A DNA stretch of 37,002 bases, taken from an uncultured Bacilli bacterium. Lineage in GTDB: Bacteria; Bacillota_I; Bacilli_A; RF39; UBA660. This document shows, in pieces, positions 1 to 8,339 of the stretch. Position numbers and translations under genes: made by a program. The notes beneath the pieces are model-generated. The model saw only the letters and a list, made by a program, of their open reading frames with translations. It was not told the origin of the DNA and searched no databases. Within the stretch, counting starts at the first letter, position 1; each line of letters opens with the position of its first letter. The DNA is taken from the NCBI GenBank assembly GCA_934096755.1, contig CAKOMU010000002.1, forward strand, positions 1-37,002, given 5' to 3'.

Positions 1-2
1 GT

Positions 3-1061
3 ATTGGTATTGCTTATAAAAAGGCTTTAGAAGAAAAAAAATTAGTACCTGTATGTGAACCAGTTGTAGATGTAACCGGCATTAGTGATGCAAATGTTAT
101 TTTTAAGTTTAAAATTGTAACTAAACCAGAAGTTACTTTAGGAGATTATAAAAATCTTAAAGTTGAAAAAAATGTTGTTAAAGTGACTGATGAAGAAGTT
201 GATCATGAAATTGAACATATGAGAAGTCATTTAGCTGATGTTGTTGTAAAAGAAAATGGCGAAATTGTTGAAGGAGATACTGCTATTATAAGTTTTGAAG
301 GAACTGTTGATGGTAAAATTATAGATGGTGCTACTGGGGAAAATTATCCATTAGAAATTGGCAGCCACTCATTTATTCCTGGATTTGAAGAAGGATTAAT
401 AGGATTAAAAACTGGAGATGAAAAAGAATTAAATTTAAAATTTCCAGAAAATTATGTTGAGGATTTAAAAGGCAAAGATGTAACGTTTAAAGTTGCAGTA
501 AATGAAATTAAAACAAGAGTATTACCAGAAATAAATGAAGATTTCTTCGCAGATTTAGGTTATGAAGATGTTAAAACTTTAGATGAATTAAAAAAGAAAG
601 TTAAAGAAGAATTAACACATAGTAAAGAACACCAAGAAGAAGATGCATTTATTGATAAAGTGTTAGAAAAAGCTGCTGATAATATGAAAGTGGAAATTAA
701 CCCAGAAATTATTGATGATGAAGTGCATAGAATGATTAATCAATATGCTGAACAATTAAAAATGCAAGGAATGAATATTGAAGATTTCTTCAAAATGACT
801 GGCACTAAGGAAGAAGATTTACATAAGCAAATGGAACCAGAAGCTGAAAAAAGAGTAAAATATCGTTATTTATTAGAAGGTATTGCTGAAGCTGAAAAGA
901 TAAGTTTTACTAAGGAAGAAGTAGAAAAAGGCGCAGAAGATTTAGCAAATAAATATGGTATCAGCAAAGAACAATTAGTAGAAACTTTTGGTTCTTTAGA
1001 AGTTGTTGAATATGATATGAAAATGCAAAAAGCTATCGAAATACTAAAGGAAAATAATTAA
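3..1061 (+). CDS. tig: Trigger factor, 5' end cut by the window edge
   Basis: Frame 3 is open from nt 3 (IGIAYKKALEEKKLVPV...PEVTLGDYKNLKVEK) and runs into tracked ORF 183..1061. It has an FKBP-type PPIase core (GDTAIISFEGTVDGK...FIPGFEEGLIGLKTGDEKEL) and the C-terminal trigger-factor arm. A terminator follows. Confidence 0.9.
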   Translation: MGIAYKKALEEKKLVPVCEPVVDVTGISDANVIFKFKIVTKPEVTLGDYKNLKVEKNVVKVTDEEVDHEIEHMRSHLADVVVKENGEIVEGDTAIISFEGTVDGKIIDGATGENYPLEIGSHSFIPGFEEGLIGLKTGDEKELNLKFPENYVEDLKGKDVTFKVAVNEIKTRVLPEINEDFFADLGYEDVKTLDELKKKVKEELTHSKEHQEEDAFIDKVLEKAADNMKVEINPEIIDDEVHRMINQYAEQLKMQGMNIEDFFKMTGTKEEDLHKQMEPEAEKRVKYRYLLEGIAEAEKISFTKEEVEKGAEDLANKYGISKEQLVETFGSLEVVEYDMKMQKAIEILKENN

Positions 1062-1087
1062 AAACTGTTTAAAACAGTTTTTTTTCT
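1061..1087 (+). terminator. Rho-independent terminator after tig
   Basis: AACTGTT-TAA-AACAGTT hairpin (1063-1079) followed by a T-run, directly after the tig stop. Confidence 0.7.
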
Positions 1088-1130
1088 TTACCTATTAATT
1101 ATTGAGTGTTAAAATTAAAGTGGTGTTTTT

Positions 1131-1973
1131 ATGAATGATTCCATTGTAGTTTTTATAAATAATTATAGAAATGTAGACAATTTTAAACAATTACAAGAAA
1201 TATTTAAATATGTTTTTGTAATTAATAAGCACAGTGTAGGGGAAGAAGTTCATAATTTAAAAGTTGATACTTTTGTATATATAAAAAACTTAGATGAGGT
1301 TGTAATCGACGATATAATAAATTGTATAAAAATTTATAATCAAGATAAGTCGTATGTAATTTATGGTTTAAGTGAACAAGATAATCAAAAAATAAAACTA
1401 TATCAAATATTGAATAAGTGTTTTAATACTAGTTTAAATACTAATATAGCAAATATTATTGTGTTTAAAAATAATTCAGGAACTGAAAATAATTTGTCGT
1501 TGATAAGATTAAATACTATGAATAACATTTCTAAGTATAAAAATATAACTATTAAAACAGTTCTTCATAAGAAAAATTATGGTAAAAAAGAAATTAATTG
1601 GTCAATATTAAAATTTATTGGTACTTTATTAAGTAATTACTTTTTAATTTTATTGTTATTTGTCCTTAGTTTTTATTTAAGTGATTTTAATAATGATTTA
1701 ACAGGTATTATATTTGCAAATATGGTTAGTGAGAGTGGGGGACTAGTCATAAATTTGATTTTACATTATAAGTCAATATACATAAATAACTTTATTATGG
1801 ATAATATATTGTTAATAATTAAATTTTTGATGAGAATTGTTTTGGGTTGTTTTGGAATTTATATTTTATATAATCTATTAAGTATTAACATATTACTTAG
1901 TAAAGCCATTATAGATGTTGTTTTAAGCATAATTTTATTTATTATTTATAAAATCATATTATCTCAAAAATAA
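1131..1973 (+). CDS. Hypothetical membrane protein: soluble N-terminal ~150 aa plus a C-terminal 4-TM bundle that looks GtrA-like
   Basis: Long ORF with an upstream GTGGTG Shine-Dalgarno-like element. The C-terminal half is strongly hydrophobic (ILKFIGTLLSNYFLILLLFVLSF...LIIKFLMRIVLGCFGIYILYNLL). I recognise no family for the N-terminal part. Confidence 0.6.
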   Translation: MNDSIVVFINNYRNVDNFKQLQEIFKYVFVINKHSVGEEVHNLKVDTFVYIKNLDEVVIDDIINCIKIYNQDKSYVIYGLSEQDNQKIKLYQILNKCFNTSLNTNIANIIVFKNNSGTENNLSLIRLNTMNNISKYKNITIKTVLHKKNYGKKEINWSILKFIGTLLSNYFLILLLFVLSFYLSDFNNDLTGIIFANMVSESGGLVINLILHYKSIYINNFIMDNILLIIKFLMRIVLGCFGIYILYNLLSINILLSKAIIDVVLSIILFIIYKIILSQK

Positions 1974-2057
1974 AGCCCCCTACTATAATTACTGATATAA
2001 TAATTGTTGATTAGTAATATCTTTTTTTGTTAATATGATCTTATACATGTACGTATT

Positions 2058-2091
2058 TATAACCTTATTATTATATATAAATAAGGTTATA
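2058..2091. terminator. Perfect 12-bp inverted repeat between convergent genes, possibly a bidirectional terminator
   Basis: TATAACCTTATT (2058-2069) and AATAAGGTTATA (2080-2091) flank a 10-nt AT loop, with T/A-rich flanks. Confidence 0.45.
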
Positions 2092-2294
2092 GTTTATTAT
2101 TTAAATTTAACTAAAGATATATAATATTAAATTAGAAATTATATTTATTATAACCCAAATATCGTAATTGCATATTGTGTTATTGTTATATTTGTTTGAT
2201 TGATAATATAATTGTTAAAATACTTAGTTTTTTTATAAATTAATTGTGTATTAATATTTCTAAAATATTTAAAAATAATATATATTATGTTAAC

Positions 2295-2618
2295 TTAATT
2301 ATGCGAACGAATTTGGTTATTATGGTCATCTAAGTACCGTAATATCAGGAAACTTGAACGTCTAAGGACGTCCCAATATCCAATTTTTGCTATATGTTTA
2401 ACAAATATTGTATAATCTATATAATCATCAATGCTATCAATTTCCTCAAATATTTCAATTACTTTTTCACTTTCTGTTTTTCCTTCGCCATTAATATAAG
2501 TTTCTAAACGCCTTTTTAATGATCCAAAAACGCGATCTACTGGATACTGAAATTTATTTTCATCGTAATAATGTATTAAATACAGTAAAGAACGTTTAAG
2601 ACTCTTACTCTCCTCTAT
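2295..2618 (-). other. 107-codon open frame with no canonical start codon, in frame with and immediately after the zupT stop (unknown product, possible pseudogene or read-through extension)
   Basis: Hand translation: IEESKSLKRSLLYLIHYYDENKFQYPVDRVFGSLKRRLETYINGEGKTESEKVIEIFEEIDSIDDYIDYTIFVKHIAKIGYWDVLRRSSFLILRYLDDHNNQIRSHN*, stop at 2295-2297. No in-frame ATG, GTG or TTG, so it is absent from the ORF track. An open run this long is very unlikely by chance in such AT-rich DNA. Confidence 0.5.
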
Positions 2619-3374
2619 TTAGGTTGTTAAAATAAAATTTAAACTAAATATTAGTAAACCTATTAAAAAGCCTAAATAAATAAATTTGTTTTCATGATAT
2701 TTTAATGATGCTGGTAATATTTCTTGAATAGATAAAGTAATCATTAATCCTGCTACGATAATTAAAACGATACTAACCATTAGATTAGATACGTAGTTTT
2801 TTAAAAATAAAAATGCTAATATTGCCCCGATCGGTTCTGCAAGACCAGATAAAAAAGTAGTTTTAAAAGCTTTATATTTACTTTTAGTAGAGTAATATAT
2901 AGGTATAGCAATAGAAATTCCTTCTGGAATATTATGTAACATTATAGCAATTCCTAGTTTTAATCCTAAATGAATATCATGATAACTACTTAAAAATGTG
3001 GCGATTCCTTCAGGAAGATTGTGTAATATCAAGACTAACATATTTAAAATACCTAAACGAAATAAATCTTGATTTTCAGTTTCTTTTTTAATTAGGGTAT
3101 TTAATAAAGTTATAACTATATAACTAATTAGGAAGCTAAATAATAATATAATAACTGTTTTTCTTAGACCAAAAGCTGTTAAAATAGGAAAAAAAGATGA
3201 CGGAATTAGATCAAATATACTAATACTTAACATTATACTTAAAGAAAAAGCTAAACAAAAACTAATAAATTTATTTAAATAAACGGGTTTAATTTTTAAA
3301 AATATGAGAAAAGCTCCTATAACTGTAGATAAACCAGCAATCGAAGATATTAATAATGGATATATTATATGCAT
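2619..3374 (-). CDS. zupT: ZIP-family zinc transporter ZupT
   Basis: 251 aa and about 8 TM segments. Twin ZIP metal-binding motifs HNLPEGIATF and HNIPEGISIAIPIYY. GGGGGAAGAG RBS upstream. Confidence 0.85.
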   Translation of the reverse strand: MHIIYPLLISSIAGLSTVIGAFLIFLKIKPVYLNKFISFCLAFSLSIMLSISIFDLIPSSFFPILTAFGLRKTVIILLFSFLISYIVITLLNTLIKKETENQDLFRLGILNMLVLILHNLPEGIATFLSSYHDIHLGLKLGIAIMLHNIPEGISIAIPIYYSTKSKYKAFKTTFLSGLAEPIGAILAFLFLKNYVSNLMVSIVLIIVAGLMITLSIQEILPASLKYHENKFIYLGFLIGLLIFSLNFILTT

Positions 3375-3487
3375 AAGCTCTTCCCCCTACTCTAATTATA
3401 TGGTTTAAAATTACTAATAATTTCCATAAATTATATGATTAATAAAAATAATATAAGCCATAATATTAGTGGGAGGTAAGAAAATAC

Positions 3488-3598
3488 ATGAGTAAAGCTA
3501 GAGAACAAGCAAGAGAACAAGCCAAAAATAAATCTCGAAACAATGCAAAAAATAATGCAAAAGCTAGATGTAATTCACGTAGTGAAGATTGTAAATAA
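3488..3598 (+). CDS. 36-aa highly basic miniprotein (hypothetical)
   Basis: ATG preceded by a strong GGGAGG RBS at about 8 nt. MSKAREQAREQAKNKSRNNAKNNAKARCNSRSEDCK*. Below the ORF-track size cut-off. Divergent from zupT. Confidence 0.45.
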   Translation: MSKAREQAREQAKNKSRNNAKNNAKARCNSRSEDCK

Positions 3599-3616
3599 TA
3601 AACGAATTTTTATTGT

Positions 3617-4513
3617 TTAATTATTGATACTAGCATGAGGGTGATTATGATAATCATCCTCTATTTTTTTGTTGCTGATATGAGAATAAATTTCGGTAGT
3701 TTCTAAATTTTCATGACCTAATAATTCTTGAATAACTCGTAGATCTGCTCCATTGTTTAATAAATGTGTGGCAAAAGTATGTCTTAAAATATGGGGAGAT
3801 ATTTCTTTTTCAATACCAGCATGTTTAGCAAGACTTTTTAAAATTTTAAAAAAACCTTGCCTACTGATCTTAGTGCCATTTTTATTTAAAAACACATAAT
3901 TAGTAGTACTTTCTTTTACTAAAAATTCACGATAATTTATTATATAATTTTGTAATGATTCTAAAGCAGTATGACCTAACGGAATAATTCTTTCTTTTTT
4001 ACCTTTGCCTACTACTCTAATAATGCACTCATCAAAATCGATGTGGTTTAATTCTAAATTGATGAGTTCACTAATTCTAGTGCCTGTGGCATATAACACT
4101 TCTAGCATTGCTTTATTGCGATAATCAATTGGCTTTGTAAGCCTTATATCTAATAGCTTATTTATTTCTTCTTCAGTAAGATAATTAGGTAGTGTATGTG
4201 CTAATTTAGGGGATTTTATCCCATCACAGGGATTTTTTTTAATTTTGTCCATAAATACATTATATTTATAAAAAGAGTTAAGAACAGTTAAATAGTGAGC
4301 TTTAGTACGGTGTGTTGTATTTGTGCTTAGTAAAAAAACTTTAATATCATCTGTGGTTAAATTTATAATATTTTTATTAGTGATTTGACCAATTGTTTTT
4401 AAATTTTCTCCATAAGAATCAACTGTATTGATAGAAAGACGACGTTCATATTTTAAATATTCTAAGAAATATCTTACTTCATGATCTTTGATTTCATCAA
4501 TTATATTACGCAT
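3617..4513 (-). CDS. xerD: Tyrosine site-specific recombinase, XerD/XerC family
   Basis: 298 aa. N-terminal SAM-like core-binding domain (FLEYLKYERRLSINTVDSY). Catalytic motifs ATGTRISEL, HILRHTFATHLL and LGHENLETTEIYSH. Confidence 0.8.
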   Translation of the reverse strand: MRNIIDEIKDHEVRYFLEYLKYERRLSINTVDSYGENLKTIGQITNKNIINLTTDDIKVFLLSTNTTHRTKAHYLTVLNSFYKYNVFMDKIKKNPCDGIKSPKLAHTLPNYLTEEEINKLLDIRLTKPIDYRNKAMLEVLYATGTRISELINLELNHIDFDECIIRVVGKGKKERIIPLGHTALESLQNYIINYREFLVKESTTNYVFLNKNGTKISRQGFFKILKSLAKHAGIEKEISPHILRHTFATHLLNNGADLRVIQELLGHENLETTEIYSHISNKKIEDDYHNHPHASINN

Positions 4514-4579
4514 ATGATCTCCTTTTTCTTCATTATATCGCTTTTTAAAAATTTATGCTATAATTATGTAGTGATTGTT

Positions 4580-5779
4580 ATGGAGATTTTAGCAGATAAA
4601 TTAAGGCCTCAACGACTAGATGATGTCATTGGCCAAAAACATTTGATTGGTCCGGGGAAAATTATTACTAATCTTGTAAAAAACAAGAAACTTTTTTCGA
4701 TGATTTTATATGGAAAACCTGGAATTGGTAAAACTAGTATTGCTAATGCAATTGTCAATGAATTAAATGTTCATTATAAATTTTTAAATGCCACAATAAA
4801 TAATAAAAATGACTTTGATGTAGCTATTATGGAAGCAAAAATGTATGGAGAATTGGTTTTAATTATTGATGAAATACATCGTATGAATAAAGATAAACAA
4901 GATTTATTATTACCCTATATTGAAAATGGAACTATTATTTTAATTGGCTTAACAACGTCAAATCCTTATCATAAAATTAATCCTGCCATTAGAAGTAGAT
5001 GTCAAATTTTTGAATTAAAAGAACTAAATGCTGATGATATTGTTGAAGGATTAAAAAAAGCTATAACACAGTGGGAAGATATTGATGTTTTAGATGATGT
5101 TCTTTTATATATTGCTACTTTAGCTAGTGGAGATATGCGTTTTGCTTTAAATTTATTAGAAGTGGCTTATTATGCAAGTGATAGCAAAAAAATAACAATT
5201 GATACGATTAAAGAAATAAATAACAAGCCAGTATTTTTTCATGATAAAGATGGTGATGGCCATTACGACGTTATTAGTGCTTTACAAAAATCTATTCGTG
5301 GAAGTGATGTCGATGCTGCCCTACACTATTTAGCAAGATTAATTGAAGCAGAAGACTTAGATATTATTTATCGGCGACTTAGTGTTATTGCTTATGAAGA
5401 CATAGGAATGGCTAATCCTGGGATTGGTCCTAGATTAATGGCAGCGATAAATGCAGCCGAGTTAGTTGGTTTACCAGAAGCAAGGATTCCTTTAGGACAA
5501 ATTGTAGTAGAAATGGCTTTATCTCCAAAAAGTAATAGTTCTCATATAGCGTTAGATATGGCTTTAAATGATATTAGAAAAGGAAATACTGGTAATGTAC
5601 CAGACAATATTAAAACTAATTCTAAAGATTATATTTATCCCCATGATTATCCAAATGACTGGATTCAACAAGAATATATGCCCAAAAATTTAAAAGGAAA
5701 ACGATACTATTTTCCTAAAAATAATAAAGTAGAAAAAAATTTATATCAAATATATAAAGAAATGAGGAATGAAAAATGA
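4580..5779 (+). CDS. rarA: Replication-associated recombination protein A (MgsA/RarA AAA+ ATPase)
   Basis: Conserved start MEILADKLRPQRLDDVIGQKHL at 4580; the tracked 4481 start adds a non-conserved hydrophobic extension. Walker A GKPGIGKTS, Walker B LIIDEIHR, and the C-terminal MgsA domain (HYDVISALQKSIRGSDVDAALHYLARL). Confidence 0.9.
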   Translation: MEILADKLRPQRLDDVIGQKHLIGPGKIITNLVKNKKLFSMILYGKPGIGKTSIANAIVNELNVHYKFLNATINNKNDFDVAIMEAKMYGELVLIIDEIHRMNKDKQDLLLPYIENGTIILIGLTTSNPYHKINPAIRSRCQIFELKELNADDIVEGLKKAITQWEDIDVLDDVLLYIATLASGDMRFALNLLEVAYYASDSKKITIDTIKEINNKPVFFHDKDGDGHYDVISALQKSIRGSDVDAALHYLARLIEAEDLDIIYRRLSVIAYEDIGMANPGIGPRLMAAINAAELVGLPEARIPLGQIVVEMALSPKSNSSHIALDMALNDIRKGNTGNVPDNIKTNSKDYIYPHDYPNDWIQQEYMPKNLKGKRYYFPKNNKVEKNLYQIYKEMRNEK

Positions 5780-6750
5780 AAGTTGCTGTAGTTGGCTTAG
5801 GAATATATAGTTTAGCAATAAGTAAAATGCTTGCTAAAAATGACAATAAAATTAAAATATGGACAGAAGATATAAAAAAAGAAGAAGAATTTAAAAATAC
5901 TAAACAAATAAAATCTATAGTTGACACAGAAATACCTAAAAATATTTATATAAGTAATAATTTAGAAAAAGTATTAACTGATTGTGATATTATATATATT
6001 ATTACGGCTAGTAAATATGTAAATAGTATTGTAGAAAGAATAAAAGAATACTATAAAAAAGGTACACCAGTATGTATTGCATCAAAAGGTATTGATGAAA
6101 AAGAGGAAAAGTTATTAAGCGATATAGTTGGAGAAAAATTGAAAACTAAACACGTTGCTATGATTTCTGGACCAACTTTTGCCGTTGATATTCTAAATAA
6201 TGAGCCTGTAGCATTAGCTATAGGTGCAAGTTCTCTTAAAGCTAGAGAAACAGTTATAAAAACACTTGCTAATGATACAGTAAAGTTACGTCCTACCAAA
6301 GATATGATTGGTATTGAACTTTGTGGAGCAATTAAAAATGTAATAGCGATTGCCTCAGGTATATTAAGAGGTCTTGGATATAGTGATTCTACACAATGTT
6401 TTTTAATCAATGAATCTCTTCACGATATAAAAGATATAATTTATTATTTTGGGGGTAATCCTAAAACCATTCTGTCTTTTGCTGGTGTTGGTGATTTAAT
6501 ACTTACTTGTTCCAGTCCTAAAAGTCGAAATTATAGCTTTGGCTATGTTATTGGTCATGAAAAAAATGAAGTAGCTATAAAAAAATATTTGTTAAATAAT
6601 ACAGTGGAAGGTTATTATACTTTAGCTACCATTTATAAAATGCTAAAAGACAAACATATCAAGATTGATTTAATCGAAGTTATTTATGATATAGTATATA
6701 ATTATAAAGAACCAGATGCGTTAGCCAAATTTTTAATCAAAAAAAAATAA
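5776..6750 (+). CDS. gpsA: NAD(P)H-dependent glycerol-3-phosphate dehydrogenase
   Basis: 324 aa. ATGA overlap with rarA. GPTFA, GAIKNVIAIASG and AGVGDLILTC motifs. The N-terminal dinucleotide fold is degenerate (VVGLGIYSLA). Confidence 0.8.
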   Translation: MKVAVVGLGIYSLAISKMLAKNDNKIKIWTEDIKKEEEFKNTKQIKSIVDTEIPKNIYISNNLEKVLTDCDIIYIITASKYVNSIVERIKEYYKKGTPVCIASKGIDEKEEKLLSDIVGEKLKTKHVAMISGPTFAVDILNNEPVALAIGASSLKARETVIKTLANDTVKLRPTKDMIGIELCGAIKNVIAIASGILRGLGYSDSTQCFLINESLHDIKDIIYYFGGNPKTILSFAGVGDLILTCSSPKSRNYSFGYVIGHEKNEVAIKKYLLNNTVEGYYTLATIYKMLKDKHIKIDLIEVIYDIVYNYKEPDALAKFLIKKK

Positions 6751-6772
6751 AGACAAGACTCTTTATTTTTTT
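6746..6772. terminator. Hairpin terminator shared by convergent gpsA and ORF 6771..7382
   Basis: AATAAAGA-CAAGAC-TCTTTATT (8 bp) followed by TTTTT on the plus strand and flanked by an A-run on the other side. Confidence 0.6.
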
Positions 6773-7382
6773 AATATAATTTTCTTTTTCTTAAAATATT
6801 TTGAGTATTAGTAGATGCCGGTAAATCTGGATTACAAATCACATTATTTCTTAGATGTTTATCAATCTTTATGACATCATTTAATGAAAAATTATCTAAA
6901 GTATTAATATTAAGTTTATAGTTCTTATCTAAATATTCTTTCATATTAGGAACTTTAGAAATTAAAGTTAAATAAATATCGTATTTTTTAATTTCTTTTA
7001 TTTCATCATTTGTTTCTACTAATAATTTAATGCACGAAAGACATGCTGTAGAATAACTGATACCAAAGACAACACAAGCCATTTTAAAAATATTGGTATC
7101 ACCATTTATTAAAGCAATTAAGTATGCATAAGTTAAAGCTGCTGAAAGTCCAGCACCAGCTGTCATAGCAATTCTCTTTTTAATTAAAGCATTTAAATCA
7201 TAAGATCGGTTGCGATAAAGAGCTTGAGTTAACATTTCATTTTTAAAATTTTCTAAGTTTTCTTGATTGTTTACCATTATTACTTGATGACCATCTAAAT
7301 AAGTTATAACCAAATTTGTTCCTACTACTCCATATTTTTGAATAATATTTTTGCGTTCTACTAATTCGAAATCATATTTCAT
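6771..7382 (-). CDS. Hypothetical protein with two central TM helices
   Basis: 203-aa ORF with an AAAGGAGGAAAAAAATG RBS. Lies 47 nt downstream of tcdA on the same strand. No recognisable motifs. Confidence 0.6.
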   Translation of the reverse strand: MKYDFELVERKNIIQKYGVVGTNLVITYLDGHQVIMVNNQENLENFKNEMLTQALYRNRSYDLNALIKKRIAMTAGAGLSAALTYAYLIALINGDTNIFKMACVVFGISYSTACLSCIKLLVETNDEIKEIKKYDIYLTLISKVPNMKEYLDKNYKLNINTLDNFSLNDVIKIDKHLRNNVICNPDLPASTNTQNILRKRKLY

Positions 7383-7429
7383 TTTTTTTCCTCCTTTTTA
7401 ATCACGAACTAGTATTTTATCATTTTTTA

Positions 7430-8107
7430 TTATTTATTGCAAGTAATAATTGCATTTATGACATAATATGCTAAATAAAGACCAGCTGTTGAAGGAACAA
7501 AGATACTAGATGCAATAACCGTTTCTTTGTTTAATGGCTGTGATAAAGAATATACCACGGGAATTTTAATATTTAAATTATTTTTTCGAACGTAATAACG
7601 TAATTTTTTAGCTAGAGGATCATTTTGAGTTTTATCTAAAGTGGTGATAATCACATTAGTAGGATCTAATCTTTTACCAGTTCCTAAGGCACAAATAATT
7701 TTAATATTACTTTCACTAGCAAATCTAATTAAATTAAGTTTAGCTGATATATCATCACAAGCATCTATAATAAAATCAAAATTAGTTTGTAAAGATTTTA
7801 TACTTTCTTCATTAATTTCCATCTCTAAACCAGTAATATTAATATTATCATCAATACTTTTCACTCTGTCAATAGCTCCTGATACTTTGGATTTTCCAAT
7901 TAAATCGGCAGTACATAGTATTTGACGGTTTAAATTACTTTTGTCAAAAACGTCCTTATCAATAACAGTAATATTTCTTATGCCACTTCTAACTAAAGCT
8001 TCTAAAACGGTTCCCCCTACGCCACCAAGGCCTACTAACAAAACATTTTTATTAGCAATTGCTGTAATATTTTCTTTACCAATTAATCGTTCTAATCTTT
8101 CAAACAT
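7430..8107 (-). CDS. tcdA: tRNA threonylcarbamoyladenosine dehydratase (ThiF/MoeB-like E1 fold; YrvM/TcdA family)
   Basis: Start moved to MFERLERLIG (ATG 8107, GGGAGAG RBS about 8 nt upstream). Rossmann motif VLLVGLGGVGG, plus DKDVFDKSNLNRQ and IDACDD. Same position relative to 6S RNA and rarA as B. subtilis yrvM. Confidence 0.8.
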   Translation of the reverse strand: MFERLERLIGKENITAIANKNVLLVGLGGVGGTVLEALVRSGIRNITVIDKDVFDKSNLNRQILCTADLIGKSKVSGAIDRVKSIDDNINITGLEMEINEESIKSLQTNFDFIIDACDDISAKLNLIRFASESNIKIICALGTGKRLDPTNVIITTLDKTQNDPLAKKLRYYVRKNNLNIKIPVVYSLSQPLNKETVIASSIFVPSTAGLYLAYYVINAIITCNK

Positions 8108-8123
8108 ATTATATTCTCTCCCA

Positions 8124-8305
8124 TAATAAAACCCGAAGGTGTCTTTCTTGATAAAAACCCGCTCTCGCGAGGTGGGCATCACATGAATTACTTTAGGATC
8201 CTTATGCACTTAATGGATAAGTCTTCTACACCATAATTCAATTAGATTCCCTTATTATCTATCTAGTCGGTTTTATTAGATAAAGACTATATAACCCTTC
8301 GGGTA
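8124..8305 (-). ncRNA. ssrS: Probable 6S RNA (about 180 nt)
   Basis: It has its own promoter. 5'-end segments ACCCGAAGG, GUCUUU and AUAAAACCG pair with 3'-end segments CCUUCGGGU, AAAGAC and CGGGUUUUUAU, giving a long closing stem. That stem encloses a large asymmetric central region and an apical stem (GAAUUAU/GUAAUUC). The region is GC-richer than its flanks. It sits where B. subtilis 6S-1 (bsrA) lies, upstream of yrvM. The ends are approximate. Confidence 0.65.
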
Positions 8306-8310
8306 TTTTC

Positions 8311-8339
8311 ATTATATCAAAAATATTATTTATACTCAA
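8311..8339 (-). promoter_or_regulatory. Sigma-A type promoter with extended -10 for the 6S RNA
   Basis: TTGAGT (8334-8339), a 17-nt spacer ending in TGa, then TATAAT (8311-8316). It overlaps the TGA stop of the upstream gene. Confidence 0.6.

Noticed and set aside
4481-4579. Upstream extension of rarA that overlaps the xerD start on the opposite strand.
   Set aside because: It is a hydrophobic, non-conserved 33 aa. The conserved RarA N-terminus (MEILADKLRPQRLDDV) starts at 4580.
5715-6410. Tracked ORFs 5715..5927 and 6051..6410, antisense to rarA/gpsA.
   Set aside because: They are low-complexity Ser/Phe/Ile-rich translations fully embedded antisense in strongly supported genes, with no RBS.
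7641-8126. Tracked ORFs 7641..7925 and 7941..8126, antisense to tcdA.
   Set aside because: They are shadow ORFs opposite a conserved gene, with no start context or motifs.
8108-8209. N-terminal 34-aa extension of the tcdA ORF (MHKDPKVIHVMPTSRERVFIKKDTFGFYYGREYN).
   Set aside because: It has no RBS, whereas the conserved start MFERLERLIG does. The extension reads straight through the GC-rich paired 3' arm of the putative 6S RNA.
8108-8335. TPP or another riboswitch upstream of a ThiF-like gene.
   Set aside because: No THI-box elements (CUGAGA, ACCUGAUCUGGAUAAUGCCAGCG-like) are present, and I saw no SAM, FMN or cobalamin cores. The end-to-end pairing and the synteny fit 6S RNA better, and the gene is TcdA-like rather than ThiF.
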